From Barnesiella sp. (lineage in GTDB: Bacteria; Bacteroidota; Bacteroidia; Bacteroidales; Muribaculaceae), in NCBI GenBank assembly GCA_014800945.1, contig JAAVFD010000031.1, positions 2,093 to 66,092 on the forward strand: 64,000 nucleotides of DNA, written 5' to 3'. Each line of letters opens with the position of its first letter. Within the stretch, counting starts at the first letter, position 1. The notes beneath the pieces were generated by a model. It was not told the origin of the DNA. It worked only from the letters and a program-made list of their open reading frames with translations, and searched no databases. Below are positions 51,067 through 60,236 of this stretch, piece after piece. Made by a program: the position numbers and the translations under genes.

Positions 51067-53157
51067 ATGGCAAATATTTTATTAATGCAAGTTATTACGG
51101 TGGGGCTTATGATTTTGCTTCCTGACGCTGCATTTACACAGGAAATCAATGACACAATTGAGGGTGATGAATTTGATGAGGTGGTAATTAAGGCTCCAAA
51201 AATTATTCGTAAGGCGGATATGGATGTGCTTTATCCGTCAAGACGTGCTTTGGAAAACTCACAGAATGGAATGCAGCTTCTTAATAGTCTTATGATTCCT
51301 TCCCTTAATGTTAATGAAATCCTTGGCTCAATATCAAAAGGCGGGCAACCGGTACAGGTCAGAATCAACGGTCGGGTCTCAACGGCTGAGCAGGTGAAAA
51401 ATCTTTTGCCTGAAACTATTAGAAGAGTAGAATGGATAGATAATCCCGGACTGAGATATAATGGTGCGAATTATGTACTCAACATTATAGTGCGGAATCC
51501 GGAATTCGGTGGTGCAATAATGTCTGAGGCAAATCCGGGATTAACGACTAGATTTGGCAAATATAATGCTGATGTGAAATTTAATTTTGGGAAATCTCAG
51601 CTAAGCTTCGGTGGATATTATAAACAGACCCACAGAATACGGGCTCATCGGGATTATTCTGAAACATTCACATATTCAGATGGAGAATCACTTACTAGAA
51701 TTGAGAAACCGAAAGGTGGGGAAGTTAATGATAATCGTGGGGAAGCATGGTTGACATACAGTTACATAAAACCGGACACAACAGTATTTTATGCGTCAAT
51801 GAGCGGATTAAGAACAATTTCGGCTCTTGAAAAATATTCCGGCAAACTTTCGCTTAGTAACGGAAGTGATAACATTCATCTTATTGATGCAAACGGATCA
51901 CAAGGTACCACTCCTTCTTTGTCATTGTATCTGGAGCAACATTTGTCAAATAATCAGACACTTGTTATGGATTTTGGAGCTACTTTCTATAGCGGACATA
52001 CTTTTTCTGATTATAAGGAGAGCTTACCGGATGCAATTGGTTATACGACAGATATCAATACCTATGTAATGGATCTCAATAAAGCATTTGCTTTTGAGGC
52101 AGACTACATAAAGCAATGGAAAACCTCAAGATTCTCTGCTGGTGTTTCATTTGCGGCCCAACGAAATCGCTCAAAATATAAAAACTTAAACGGTTCGGTT
52201 TATCATCAGCGTCAAGACAAGTTATATATGTTCGCTGAATATTATCAAAGACTGAATAAATTCTCGTTATCTGCGGGAATAGGAGCGCAGTACAGCGACT
52301 TCAAGTTTAGGGAAACAAACCAGGGAAATCAATCATGGAATTTACGTCCCAAGGTGACGCTGACATATTCACCTGTTTCAAAACATAATCTGAGACTCGG
52401 TTTTGCCACTTGGCAGACATCGCCCTCTTTAGCGGAAACAAATATTGCGCCGCAGCAGATTGACGGTTTTCAGTGGCAAATCGGTAATCCGGGATTAAAG
52501 ACATCCAATTACTATGCGTTGAATTTTCGTTATAGTTTCAGTTTGCCGCGTGTTGACGGCGTTTTTGGAATACGCGCCTGCACTTCGCCGGATGCTATAG
52601 CGCCCTATCTATATTGGGAGGGTGACAAACTGATAACAACTTACGAAAACAGTGACCGTTATCAAAGCATTTCATTCAATTTCTCTCCACAGATTGATAT
52701 TATTCCAAACTGGCTTATGACAAATGCAACTATCTCCTATATGGTGGAGCGGACACGTGGCACTGGGTATGAACATCATAACAATAACTGGAGCGGTAAT
52801 GTAGGAATAATGGTGACTCATTGGGGATTTGTTCTTACAGGCCAGTATGTTAAGTCAGAACGCTATCTTTTTGGGCAAAGAATAAAATGGAACGAAGATA
52901 TATCCATAATAGATCTGTCATATAAATGGAATAAGTGGCAATTCGGTGCCGGAATGTTAATGCCTTTCGGTAAGTATGACCAAGGTTCCCGATTGTTAAG
53001 CAATTACAATTATAATGAAAAACATATGCGTGTGGGTCTGAGGATACCGTATCTCAAAATGGGATATAATATTGAGTGGGGTCGTCAGAAGCGTGGAGCA
53101 AGTAAGATGATAAATGCTGACGCAAGTGTTGAAACCTCAAGTACAGGTAGCAGATAA
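51067..53157 (+). CDS. TonB-dependent-receptor-like outer-membrane beta-barrel protein
   Basis: DEVVIKA TonB-box-like segment, plug-like RINGR...IRRVEWIDNPGLRY, GNPGLK, beta-strand-rich C-terminal region. Confidence 0.72.
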   Translation: MANILLMQVITVGLMILLPDAAFTQEINDTIEGDEFDEVVIKAPKIIRKADMDVLYPSRRALENSQNGMQLLNSLMIPSLNVNEILGSISKGGQPVQVRINGRVSTAEQVKNLLPETIRRVEWIDNPGLRYNGANYVLNIIVRNPEFGGAIMSEANPGLTTRFGKYNADVKFNFGKSQLSFGGYYKQTHRIRAHRDYSETFTYSDGESLTRIEKPKGGEVNDNRGEAWLTYSYIKPDTTVFYASMSGLRTISALEKYSGKLSLSNGSDNIHLIDANGSQGTTPSLSLYLEQHLSNNQTLVMDFGATFYSGHTFSDYKESLPDAIGYTTDINTYVMDLNKAFAFEADYIKQWKTSRFSAGVSFAAQRNRSKYKNLNGSVYHQRQDKLYMFAEYYQRLNKFSLSAGIGAQYSDFKFRETNQGNQSWNLRPKVTLTYSPVSKHNLRLGFATWQTSPSLAETNIAPQQIDGFQWQIGNPGLKTSNYYALNFRYSFSLPRVDGVFGIRACTSPDAIAPYLYWEGDKLITTYENSDRYQSISFNFSPQIDIIPNWLMTNATISYMVERTRGTGYEHHNNNWSGNVGIMVTHWGFVLTGQYVKSERYLFGQRIKWNEDISIIDLSYKWNKWQFGAGMLMPFGKYDQGSRLLSNYNYNEKHMRVGLRIPYLKMGYNIEWGRQKRGASKMINADASVETSSTGSR

Positions 53158-53411
53158 TGCGGTAAGAGCTTGTTATTTAGTGTGAATTTGTAGGTTAATA
53201 TCGGTTAATAATTGTAATGCCGCACGCGGTAATTTAACAATTTATATGCAGCAGGTAGTTTTAATAGGGTTAATATTAACCAATTTGTGAGGAAGTGTGA
53301 AATGTGAATTTCGCTGATAGACTGATTATTAGTAATTTTGTATTAGCCGATTGGTACGCGAAGTACTCCACTCGGTACGAAACAAAGAATACTCAATTAC
53401 CTATAATTGCT

Positions 53412-54035
53412 ATGAAACGATTTTTTCTTATAAATATAATTGTGTGCCTTAGTTCCGCACTTTTCTCTTTCAAATCCAGCGCAACAAACCCACCTTTTCT
53501 CTCAGACAATATGCCCGAAGTGCAGGACTGGAGACTTAGTGTTGCAACAGAACTTGTTAAAGCACCCTGGATTCCTGATGAAGATACAGTGGATACAGCG
53601 CCCGAAGATAAACTTAAGGAAGTTGTTGAAGAATTGAAGAATATAGCGGCTCGCTATCTGGGCCGGAGATATGTCTGGGGTGCAACCGGACCTAAAAACT
53701 TTGATTGCTCGGGATTCACCAGCTATGTTTTTAAGCAGGCGGGAATTCAACTGAACCGTACTTCTCAGATGCAGTACAGACAGGGCACTCCGGTAGATAA
53801 GGACGATTTGAAGCCGGGAGACCTGATGTTTTTCAGCAGTCCCCGCACCGGTAGAGGAGTGGTTGGTCATGTCGGAATGGTTGTTGACGTTGAAGAGGAC
53901 GGCAAGCGGGTAACATTTATTCATGCTTCTACTTCAAAAGGCATTACATATCAGAAATTCCCGGACAGCGGTTATTTTAACCGACGCTATATTGGTGCCA
54001 AACGAGTACTTGACGAAAGTCACATCTCTGCATAA
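53412..54035 (+). CDS. NlpC/P60 (C40) cell-wall peptidase
   Basis: YLGRRYVWGATGPKNFDCSGF, LKPGDLMFF, GHVGM, FIHAS. Start ATG 53412 with signal peptide, downstream of TAATTTTG at 53333-53340. Confidence 0.92.
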   Translation: MKRFFLINIIVCLSSALFSFKSSATNPPFLSDNMPEVQDWRLSVATELVKAPWIPDEDTVDTAPEDKLKEVVEELKNIAARYLGRRYVWGATGPKNFDCSGFTSYVFKQAGIQLNRTSQMQYRQGTPVDKDDLKPGDLMFFSSPRTGRGVVGHVGMVVDVEEDGKRVTFIHASTSKGITYQKFPDSGYFNRRYIGAKRVLDESHISA

Positions 54036-54049
54036 AGAGCTGTACTTAC

Positions 54050-54087
54050 AAAAAAAGGATGATGCATCAGTAATGATACACCATCCT
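54050..54087 (-). terminator. Intrinsic terminator after rho
   Basis: Minus strand AGGATGGTGTATCA-ttac-TGATGCATCATCCT followed by a T-run. Confidence 0.8.
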
Positions 54088-54110
54088 GGTTGATTGTTGG
54101 AAAAATATTT

Positions 54111-56114
54111 TTAGTCTCCCATAGTGCGGAGCAACTCATCGTTGTCAGATGTGCGTTCCATTCTGTCTTTGATAAATTCCATAGCTTCGATGGAGTTGCG
54201 GTCCGAAAGGAAGCGGCGAAGAATCCACATTCGGTTGAGGGTTTCTGTGCGGAGCAGCATGTCATCGCGGCGTGTGCTTGATGCCATGATATCAACCGCC
54301 GGAAATATTCTCTTGTTGCTGAGCTTGCGGTCAAGCTGCAGCTCCATGTTACCTGTGCCTTTGAATTCTTCAAAAATAACCTCATCCATTTTGGAGCTGG
54401 TCTCGGTAAGTGCTGTGGCAATGATTGTCAGTGAACCACCGTTTTCAATATTTCTTGCCGCACCGAAGAAGCGTTTAGGCTTTTGAAGAGCGTTGGCGTC
54501 AACACCACCGGAAAGGATTTTGCCTGATGCAGGAGAAACAGTATTGTATGCTCGTGCAAGACGAGTGATGGAATCCAAGAGAATAACAACATCATGACCG
54601 CACTCAACCAGTCGTTTAGCCTTTTCAAGTACTATTCCGGCAATCTTAACATGACGTTCAGCGGGTTCGTCAAATGTAGAGGCTATTACTTCGGCATTAA
54701 CACTTCGGCTCATATCTGTAACCTCCTCAGGGCGTTCGTCAATCAGGAGAATCATGATATATGTCTCCGGATGATTCTCTGCAATAGCATTTGCTATATC
54801 CTTGAGCAGTATTGTTTTACCTGTTTTAGGCGGTGCAACGATAAGTCCGCGCTGTCCTTTACCGATAGGTGAGAACATATCAACCACTCGTGTGGAGATA
54901 TTTGATGAGCGACCTCCTGTGAGATTGAATTTTTCGTCAGGAAAGAGGGGAGTAAGGTGCTCAAAAGGAACGCGGTCACGTATAAATTCGGGAGAGCGTC
55001 CGTTTACGCTGAGCACATTGGTGAGAGGAAAATATTTGTCACCTTCTTTGGGCGGTCGTACTGTAGCTTCAACAACATCACCTGTTTTCAAGCCGAAATT
55101 CTTGATGTGCTGAGGAGTTACATATACATCGTCGGGCGATGAGAGGTAGTTGTAATCGCTTGAGCGAAGAAATCCGTATCCTTCAGGAATAATTTCAAGC
55201 ACCCCGGTAGCCTTGATAAGCCCGTCAAAATTATATGGCGATTCCTGAGGTTGCAAGAACTGATTCTGCTGTTGGTTGTTATTGTTGTTATTGTTATTGC
55301 GGTTCTTGTTTTTCTTACCCTGCTTCTGCTGTTGCATTCTGTTATCCTGCCAGGGTTCTGTAACCATAATTGGTGCAGTGGCAGCCGCAGCTGCTGCGGC
55401 TGCTGCCGCTTCCTCTTTCTCTCTCTGCGAGCGAGGAACAAAGCGTCTGCCTTCAGAACGTGGAAAGAACGCACCGAATTCACCGTTTCTCGGGCGGAAG
55501 TCACGGCGCTGCTGTGGCTGGTCTGCCTGTTTTGGTTGCTGGGGCTGAGATTGAGCTTCAGTCTCAGGGTTGGAATTACCTGCCTGATTGGTATCCTGCG
55601 CAGGAGCACCTGGCTGTTCTGCAACGGTTTCCGCGGGTGCGGTAAGTTCAAGTGTAAGTTGAGCGGCTGTATTCTGAGCTGCCGGTTTTGCTTCAGTGTC
55701 AGGTTTATCGGACTTGACAGCCTGCTCCGGAGTCTCTACCGCTGGTTCAACACTCTCGGCGGCTACTTCAACTTGCTGCTCTTTTTGTGCCTTAGGTTTT
55801 CTGCCTCTTTTTTTTGGTGCCGGTGCTTCAGCAGTTGCAGCATCGGTTTCTTCAGTTTTAGCGGGGGTGTTTTCAGTTGCAGGTTTCTTTTTAGTGCCTT
55901 TAGCAGCTTTTTTCTTAGCATCTTTAGGCTCCTTGCTGTCGGCTTTTCTACGTTTTTCAGCCGCAGAGGTAGCGTAATTGATAGCTTGCTGATCCAGAAT
56001 AAAATTTATCAAAGTATCGCTGTCGGCGCTATCCGTTTTCTTCATGCCTAAATCTTCGGCAATGGTTTTCAGCTGTTCAACAGGTTTCTCTGAAAGTTCT
56101 GAGTAATTGTACAT
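54111..56114 (-). CDS. rho: Transcription termination factor Rho with long N-terminal disordered insertion
   Basis: [66 protein letters not shown]. Confidence 0.98.
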   Translation of the reverse strand: MYNYSELSEKPVEQLKTIAEDLGMKKTDSADSDTLINFILDQQAINYATSAAEKRRKADSKEPKDAKKKAAKGTKKKPATENTPAKTEETDAATAEAPAPKKRGRKPKAQKEQQVEVAAESVEPAVETPEQAVKSDKPDTEAKPAAQNTAAQLTLELTAPAETVAEQPGAPAQDTNQAGNSNPETEAQSQPQQPKQADQPQQRRDFRPRNGEFGAFFPRSEGRRFVPRSQREKEEAAAAAAAAAATAPIMVTEPWQDNRMQQQKQGKKNKNRNNNNNNNNQQQNQFLQPQESPYNFDGLIKATGVLEIIPEGYGFLRSSDYNYLSSPDDVYVTPQHIKNFGLKTGDVVEATVRPPKEGDKYFPLTNVLSVNGRSPEFIRDRVPFEHLTPLFPDEKFNLTGGRSSNISTRVVDMFSPIGKGQRGLIVAPPKTGKTILLKDIANAIAENHPETYIMILLIDERPEEVTDMSRSVNAEVIASTFDEPAERHVKIAGIVLEKAKRLVECGHDVVILLDSITRLARAYNTVSPASGKILSGGVDANALQKPKRFFGAARNIENGGSLTIIATALTETSSKMDEVIFEEFKGTGNMELQLDRKLSNKRIFPAVDIMASSTRRDDMLLRTETLNRMWILRRFLSDRNSIEAMEFIKDRMERTSDNDELLRTMGD
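55274..55300 (-). repeat. Trinucleotide (AAY)n low-complexity tract encoding poly-Asn in the Rho insertion
   Basis: Plus strand GTTGTTATTGTTGTTATTGTTATT encodes NNNNNNNN; a run of about ten Ala lies at ~55380-55412. Confidence 0.8.
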
Positions 56115-56317
56115 CGTAAGTAATTGGTGATATAAGTTTTAGAGTAGCAGCAATTGTTTTGTAGCAACTGATTACACTGTAAAAAGCCACAATTGTGATG
56201 AGTTTGACTGCTAACAATATTTTATTGATTGATAGGAGTAATAGAGATTGAAGTGATATCGGAGAACATAAGTTGCCGGATTAGCAAGGAGAGTATCTTC
56301 GCCCCGAATTTTCACTG

Positions 56318-56325
56318 CAAAGTTA
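56318..56325 (-). promoter_or_regulatory. -7 promoter element of rho
   Basis: TAACTTTG on the minus strand, ~200 nt upstream of the rho ATG. Confidence 0.65.
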
Positions 56326-56446
56326 ATGCTTTATTCTAATAAAACAATATTTCAGCAAAAAAGTTCCGCCTAAAAAATCGCGCCTGAAAAATCAAAGACG
56401 CATCAGTGACAAATATCATAAATATCGTCGATTTTAGATATTCTCC

Positions 56447-57451
56447 TTATTGCTTTCCCGTGAGTTTCTTTTGCTCGGCTTCGAAGGCTTCGATGAAGTG
56501 GATTTCTACCGGAGAGAGTTGGTATTGGGTGCGTTCTCGGAATTTCTCGTACTCGGTATCGGCTTTCAGTTTCGCAACCTCAGTAGAAACATTTCCGGCA
56601 TGGGTGAGCAATTCTTTTCCGGACAGAGTAAGAAAGTCATCGAGTTTCTTAATCCAGTCTTTCATATACATAGGCACATGGCTCTTTGCCTGTAGTTCAG
56701 CAAAGTCAAGATAGAGGTTGACAATACGGTTGAGCATATCAACCTCGTCCTCTGAAAGATAGTTTTTCGCAATCTCAGCCTCTTGTTTGGTAGGTAATGC
56801 ACCGCGCCATGTAGTCAGACCCATAAAGTCATTTTCTGCATTTGCTCTGTCGTAAATCACTTCGGCGGCAGTGTGTCCGTGAGCGGCAAAGTGCATTTTG
56901 TTCTGTACCGTCTTGAAGAACTGCTGGGTTGTTTCAGTCCGAGGGTCATAGTCGATACTGAGGGCATATATTTCAAGAACCTTGCGATAGAACACCTTTT
57001 CCGAACTGCGAATGTCGCGGATTCTCGCAAGCAGTTCATCAAAGTAATTTCCTTGACCGGCATTTTTCAGTAGGTCATCATTCAGCGCGAAGCCCTTAAT
57101 CATATACTCTTTCAACACCTTAGTAGCCCATTGACGGAATTGCACACCACGATGCGAATTGACACGATAACCGACACTGATAATCATGTCAAGATTATAG
57201 ATTGGGATTTGCCGTTCCACCCGACGTTTGCCCTCAGTTTTAACTTGTGCAAAAAATGCACAAGTTGAATCAGGCTTCAATTCTCCCTCCTCATATATCC
57301 TTTTAACGTGTCTTTGGATGGTCGAACGGTCACGCTGAAATAACTCTGCCATCTGGTCGGCAGTAAGCCACACGGATTCATTGGCAAGCCGAACCTCGAT
57401 CTTCGTCTCGCCTCCCTGCGTCTGAAACAATATTATCTGCCCACTCTCCAT
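56447..57451 (-). CDS. RhuM-family DNA-binding protein
   Basis: VWLTADQMAELF, YNLDMIISVGYRVNS.RG.QFRQWA, YFDELLARIRDIRSSEK, QNKMHFA.HGHTAAE, IAKNYL. Confidence 0.92.
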   Translation of the reverse strand: MESGQIILFQTQGGETKIEVRLANESVWLTADQMAELFQRDRSTIQRHVKRIYEEGELKPDSTCAFFAQVKTEGKRRVERQIPIYNLDMIISVGYRVNSHRGVQFRQWATKVLKEYMIKGFALNDDLLKNAGQGNYFDELLARIRDIRSSEKVFYRKVLEIYALSIDYDPRTETTQQFFKTVQNKMHFAAHGHTAAEVIYDRANAENDFMGLTTWRGALPTKQEAEIAKNYLSEDEVDMLNRIVNLYLDFAELQAKSHVPMYMKDWIKKLDDFLTLSGKELLTHAGNVSTEVAKLKADTEYEKFRERTQYQLSPVEIHFIEAFEAEQKKLTGKQ

Positions 57452-57486
57452 AATAAAAACTAGCCGTATTTTTCTATGGTTCTAAA

Positions 57487-58620
57487 TTACTTTTCGTTAA
57501 AGTGAAAAACGAGCACTTCTAAAGATATCATTCGTTCATTATCATTCGGATGGTGAAAAATATAGGAGAAAGAATTATCATCGTTACTTCCTTCATATTT
57601 AATAAAATACTCATGCGACTCACATGTTTGTTTTATCTTATTAATTATATCTGTAATGCCATTTTGTTTTACAAATATTATCATAGCTGCATTTGTATCC
57701 CGCCATGTTAAATATCGATCAAATAATTGATTTATAGCTTTAGATAAGTACTTTGATCCTTTCCAGAATTTACATTCACCAATAAAAATATTAGATCCAT
57801 CTGCTTGTCGAATTAGCAAATCCGTTTTCCCATTACGATTAAAGGTCTCTCCAGTTGCTGTGCAACTTTCAAAACAAGCTTCAAGAATAGGTAAAAAAGC
57901 ATCTCTTATTCCTTCTTCATCCTTACCTATATAATTACTAGGCTTTGTTTCAAATGACCGTCCAATCTTTCTTAAGATTTGTAATACTTTAAGATATACC
58001 TTATAGTTTGATGTGGACTCCGTAAGGGAAATATCATGGTTATGAAATTTTGAGAGACACTCTTCCGCCATCTTTCGGGTTCCGAAATCCATCCACAAAT
58101 CATCAATACTAATGCTCTCAATTATGCTTATTCCACATTTATTTTGCACCTCCAATATGTTTATTCCTCGCATTGCAAGTATAGCAGTCAGTTTTTCTGC
58201 AAATGATTTAAATGCATTCCTCCAAGTATGGAAATAATCTTCCACTGAATACATATTAACGGAATTACTGATGGAATTTAATTTATCAGTTCCTAATGAA
58301 TACAGAAAAGTCCATGTCTGAAATTGCCGAAGTATGCTGATAACATAGTTTACCCTGACATTATCTGAGACACAGGAGTCAAGATTGTCAATTATTTCAT
58401 CGAACAATGGACAATAATTAGCAATCCTAGACCAAGGCCATGTATCGAATGCCTCTGTTCGTTTTCTAATCTCAGCAAGCACACCCTCAGGGAAATCTGG
58501 CCTCGCAGGTACCTCACTACCAATACCACAATATTTCCAATGAGCCATTTTAAGCACAAGTACAGCTGCTCCTTCGTACTGGAACTCTCTAAAGAATTTG
58601 TACTCTAATTCCCTATTCAT
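57487..58620 (-). CDS. Hypothetical protein with C-terminal PD-(D/E)xK nuclease domain
   Basis: C-terminal EEGIRD...GETFNRNGKTDLLI...FIGECKFW...INQL restriction-endonuclease-like pattern; the ~200-aa N-terminal domain is unrecognised. Confidence 0.7.
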   Translation of the reverse strand: MNRELEYKFFREFQYEGAAVLVLKMAHWKYCGIGSEVPARPDFPEGVLAEIRKRTEAFDTWPWSRIANYCPLFDEIIDNLDSCVSDNVRVNYVISILRQFQTWTFLYSLGTDKLNSISNSVNMYSVEDYFHTWRNAFKSFAEKLTAILAMRGINILEVQNKCGISIIESISIDDLWMDFGTRKMAEECLSKFHNHDISLTESTSNYKVYLKVLQILRKIGRSFETKPSNYIGKDEEGIRDAFLPILEACFESCTATGETFNRNGKTDLLIRQADGSNIFIGECKFWKGSKYLSKAINQLFDRYLTWRDTNAAMIIFVKQNGITDIINKIKQTCESHEYFIKYEGSNDDNSFSYIFHHPNDNERMISLEVLVFHFNEK

Positions 58621-58655
58621 AATGCCAATTAACTAGCTAATCGGTAGACTGCTAT

Positions 58656-58793
58656 TCAGTTTTTGAGGATGTTATTTTCAGAAAATTCAGAGTGCCTGAT
58701 TACGCGGAGATTGTACCTCAGCCTTAATTTATGACAAGTACCATTCGGCTTAATAAGCACAGATTCTTTTTGAAGATCTTGCAGTAAAGACAT
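58656..58793 (-). other. 45-codon small ORF or gene remnant
   Basis: MSLLQDLQKESVLIKPNGTCHKLRLRYNLRVIRHSEFSENNILKN*, co-oriented, starting 18 nt after the S-subunit stop with an AT-rich leader. Confidence 0.3.
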
Positions 58794-58811
58794 ATTTATA
58801 TTACATGAAGG

Positions 58812-60236
58812 TTATGATTCCAAGATAGATGTCATAAGCGACAATGCTTCCTGCTCTTTGAGATATGCTTGATAACGAAGATCATTCGCTTTTAAAACAT
58901 CGTTGTTAATTTGTTGCATAATAGACTCGTCCTTTAATATCGGAATTGGAATAGAGGCAACATTATTATCATCAATCATATCAACCACAGCTCCGTAAGT
59001 CGCTCTAAGGAGAAGTTTATGAGCATATGATGTACTTAAAAATGCATATAAATAACCAGCAATAGAACTATCCGACGGGATTACTTTTATAATATTTTGC
59101 GATACTGCCCATCCATTCCAATGTTTAGGGACAATCGCAACTTTGCCAATGGTTCCTCTATCAGAAATTAAAATATAATTTTCAAATACGGCCAATTCTT
59201 TTTCAATCCGCTTTTTATGAACAGATTTAGAAAGGTATTTATTGACTTTAGGAGTTAGACACATCATATCTCTACCCCCCAAAAAAGGAACTCCCGCCGA
59301 TGGAGCAACATAAGTTCGCTTAAAAACGCCAGCCAATACGATTTTTTTTGATAAGCGTGGATTCCCCAGTGGGAAAACGCTATCCGAATTTTTGTAAAGT
59401 GCATCTATGATAGCTTCAATTTCAGGAACATGATATGAAACATCAAGCCTACCGTCTAGTCGCGAAGCTGTCAAAGATATACAACGTAATTTGTTGTTGG
59501 CATCGTACAACCTAGGCTTTATTTCCGAAATTGGAGGCAAGTCCAACTCACGATAAAGCACTCTTTGTGAGCGGTCAATCAACTCATTAGATTGATCACG
59601 CAAATCATATGACACTTTTATTAGGTCATGAATCTGTTGACGCATTTCTATTGGAGCATTTGGGATAGGAATATTCATCAAATGTTCAGGCTCAATGTGA
59701 TCTATAACAGCACCGTAGTTATTGCTCCGCAATAACGCTAATCCAATATCTGTGTTTAGAAACGCATAGACATACCCTAAATCATACGGGGCGTTAAAAG
59801 AAACGCGCAACAAATCGTGACTAAATACTTGCCCGTCTAAAGCAGCTCCCACAAGTGAACTTTTTCCGATTGTTCCAGAACACGATATTAACAACATTTC
59901 TCTATGAACCTTTAATGCTTCGAAATCTGCTTTGGTCTGATCTGAAATAAACTTTGATGCTTTGGGAAATACGTTTTCTATGTCGGAAGGAAGAAAAAAT
60001 GGAATGTCCGATTCATTGGTGGTGTAAATTCTTTTGAATCGGCTACCTACAAATGCGTCTTTCACAAGTCCGTTTTCACCCCACAAAGGTAAACTCCCCA
60101 ATTTATAGGACTTGACTTTGGTAAGAGCAGCCATTGCATCTGCATTATAGGCAGAAGCGTCGATTCGGTGTTCCATTCCCTTGGCCTGACTAAGGGATAA
60201 AGAGAACCATTGGGGATACTTAACCTTACTTACCAT
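58812..60236 (-). CDS. Restriction-modification specificity (S) subunit with two TRDs
   Basis: Internally duplicated halves (RIDASAY/RLDVSYH; LLISCSGTIGK/ILISDRGTIGK; YVYAFLNT/YLYAFLST; YGAVIDHI/YGAVVDMI; IPIP). ATG 60236 overlaps the MTase stop. Confidence 0.88.
   Translation of the reverse strand: MVSKVKYPQWFSLSLSQAKGMEHRIDASAYNADAMAALTKVKSYKLGSLPLWGENGLVKDAFVGSRFKRIYTTNESDIPFFLPSDIENVFPKASKFISDQTKADFEALKVHREMLLISCSGTIGKSSLVGAALDGQVFSHDLLRVSFNAPYDLGYVYAFLNTDIGLALLRSNNYGAVIDHIEPEHLMNIPIPNAPIEMRQQIHDLIKVSYDLRDQSNELIDRSQRVLYRELDLPPISEIKPRLYDANNKLRCISLTASRLDGRLDVSYHVPEIEAIIDALYKNSDSVFPLGNPRLSKKIVLAGVFKRTYVAPSAGVPFLGGRDMMCLTPKVNKYLSKSVHKKRIEKELAVFENYILISDRGTIGKVAIVPKHWNGWAVSQNIIKVIPSDSSIAGYLYAFLSTSYAHKLLLRATYGAVVDMIDDNNVASIPIPILKDESIMQQINNDVLKANDLRYQAYLKEQEALSLMTSILES

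Noticed and set aside
55251-56051. 266-aa plus-strand hydrophobic ORF (and others overlapping rho)
   Set aside because: Antisense shadow of the low-complexity Rho insertion; its composition mirrors the K/E/A/N/Q codons.
56367-56394. Near-tandem 14-bp repeat CGCCTAAAAAATCG/CGCCTGAAAAATCA
   Set aside because: Two imperfect copies with no spacers; not a CRISPR or iteron array, and no function can be supported.
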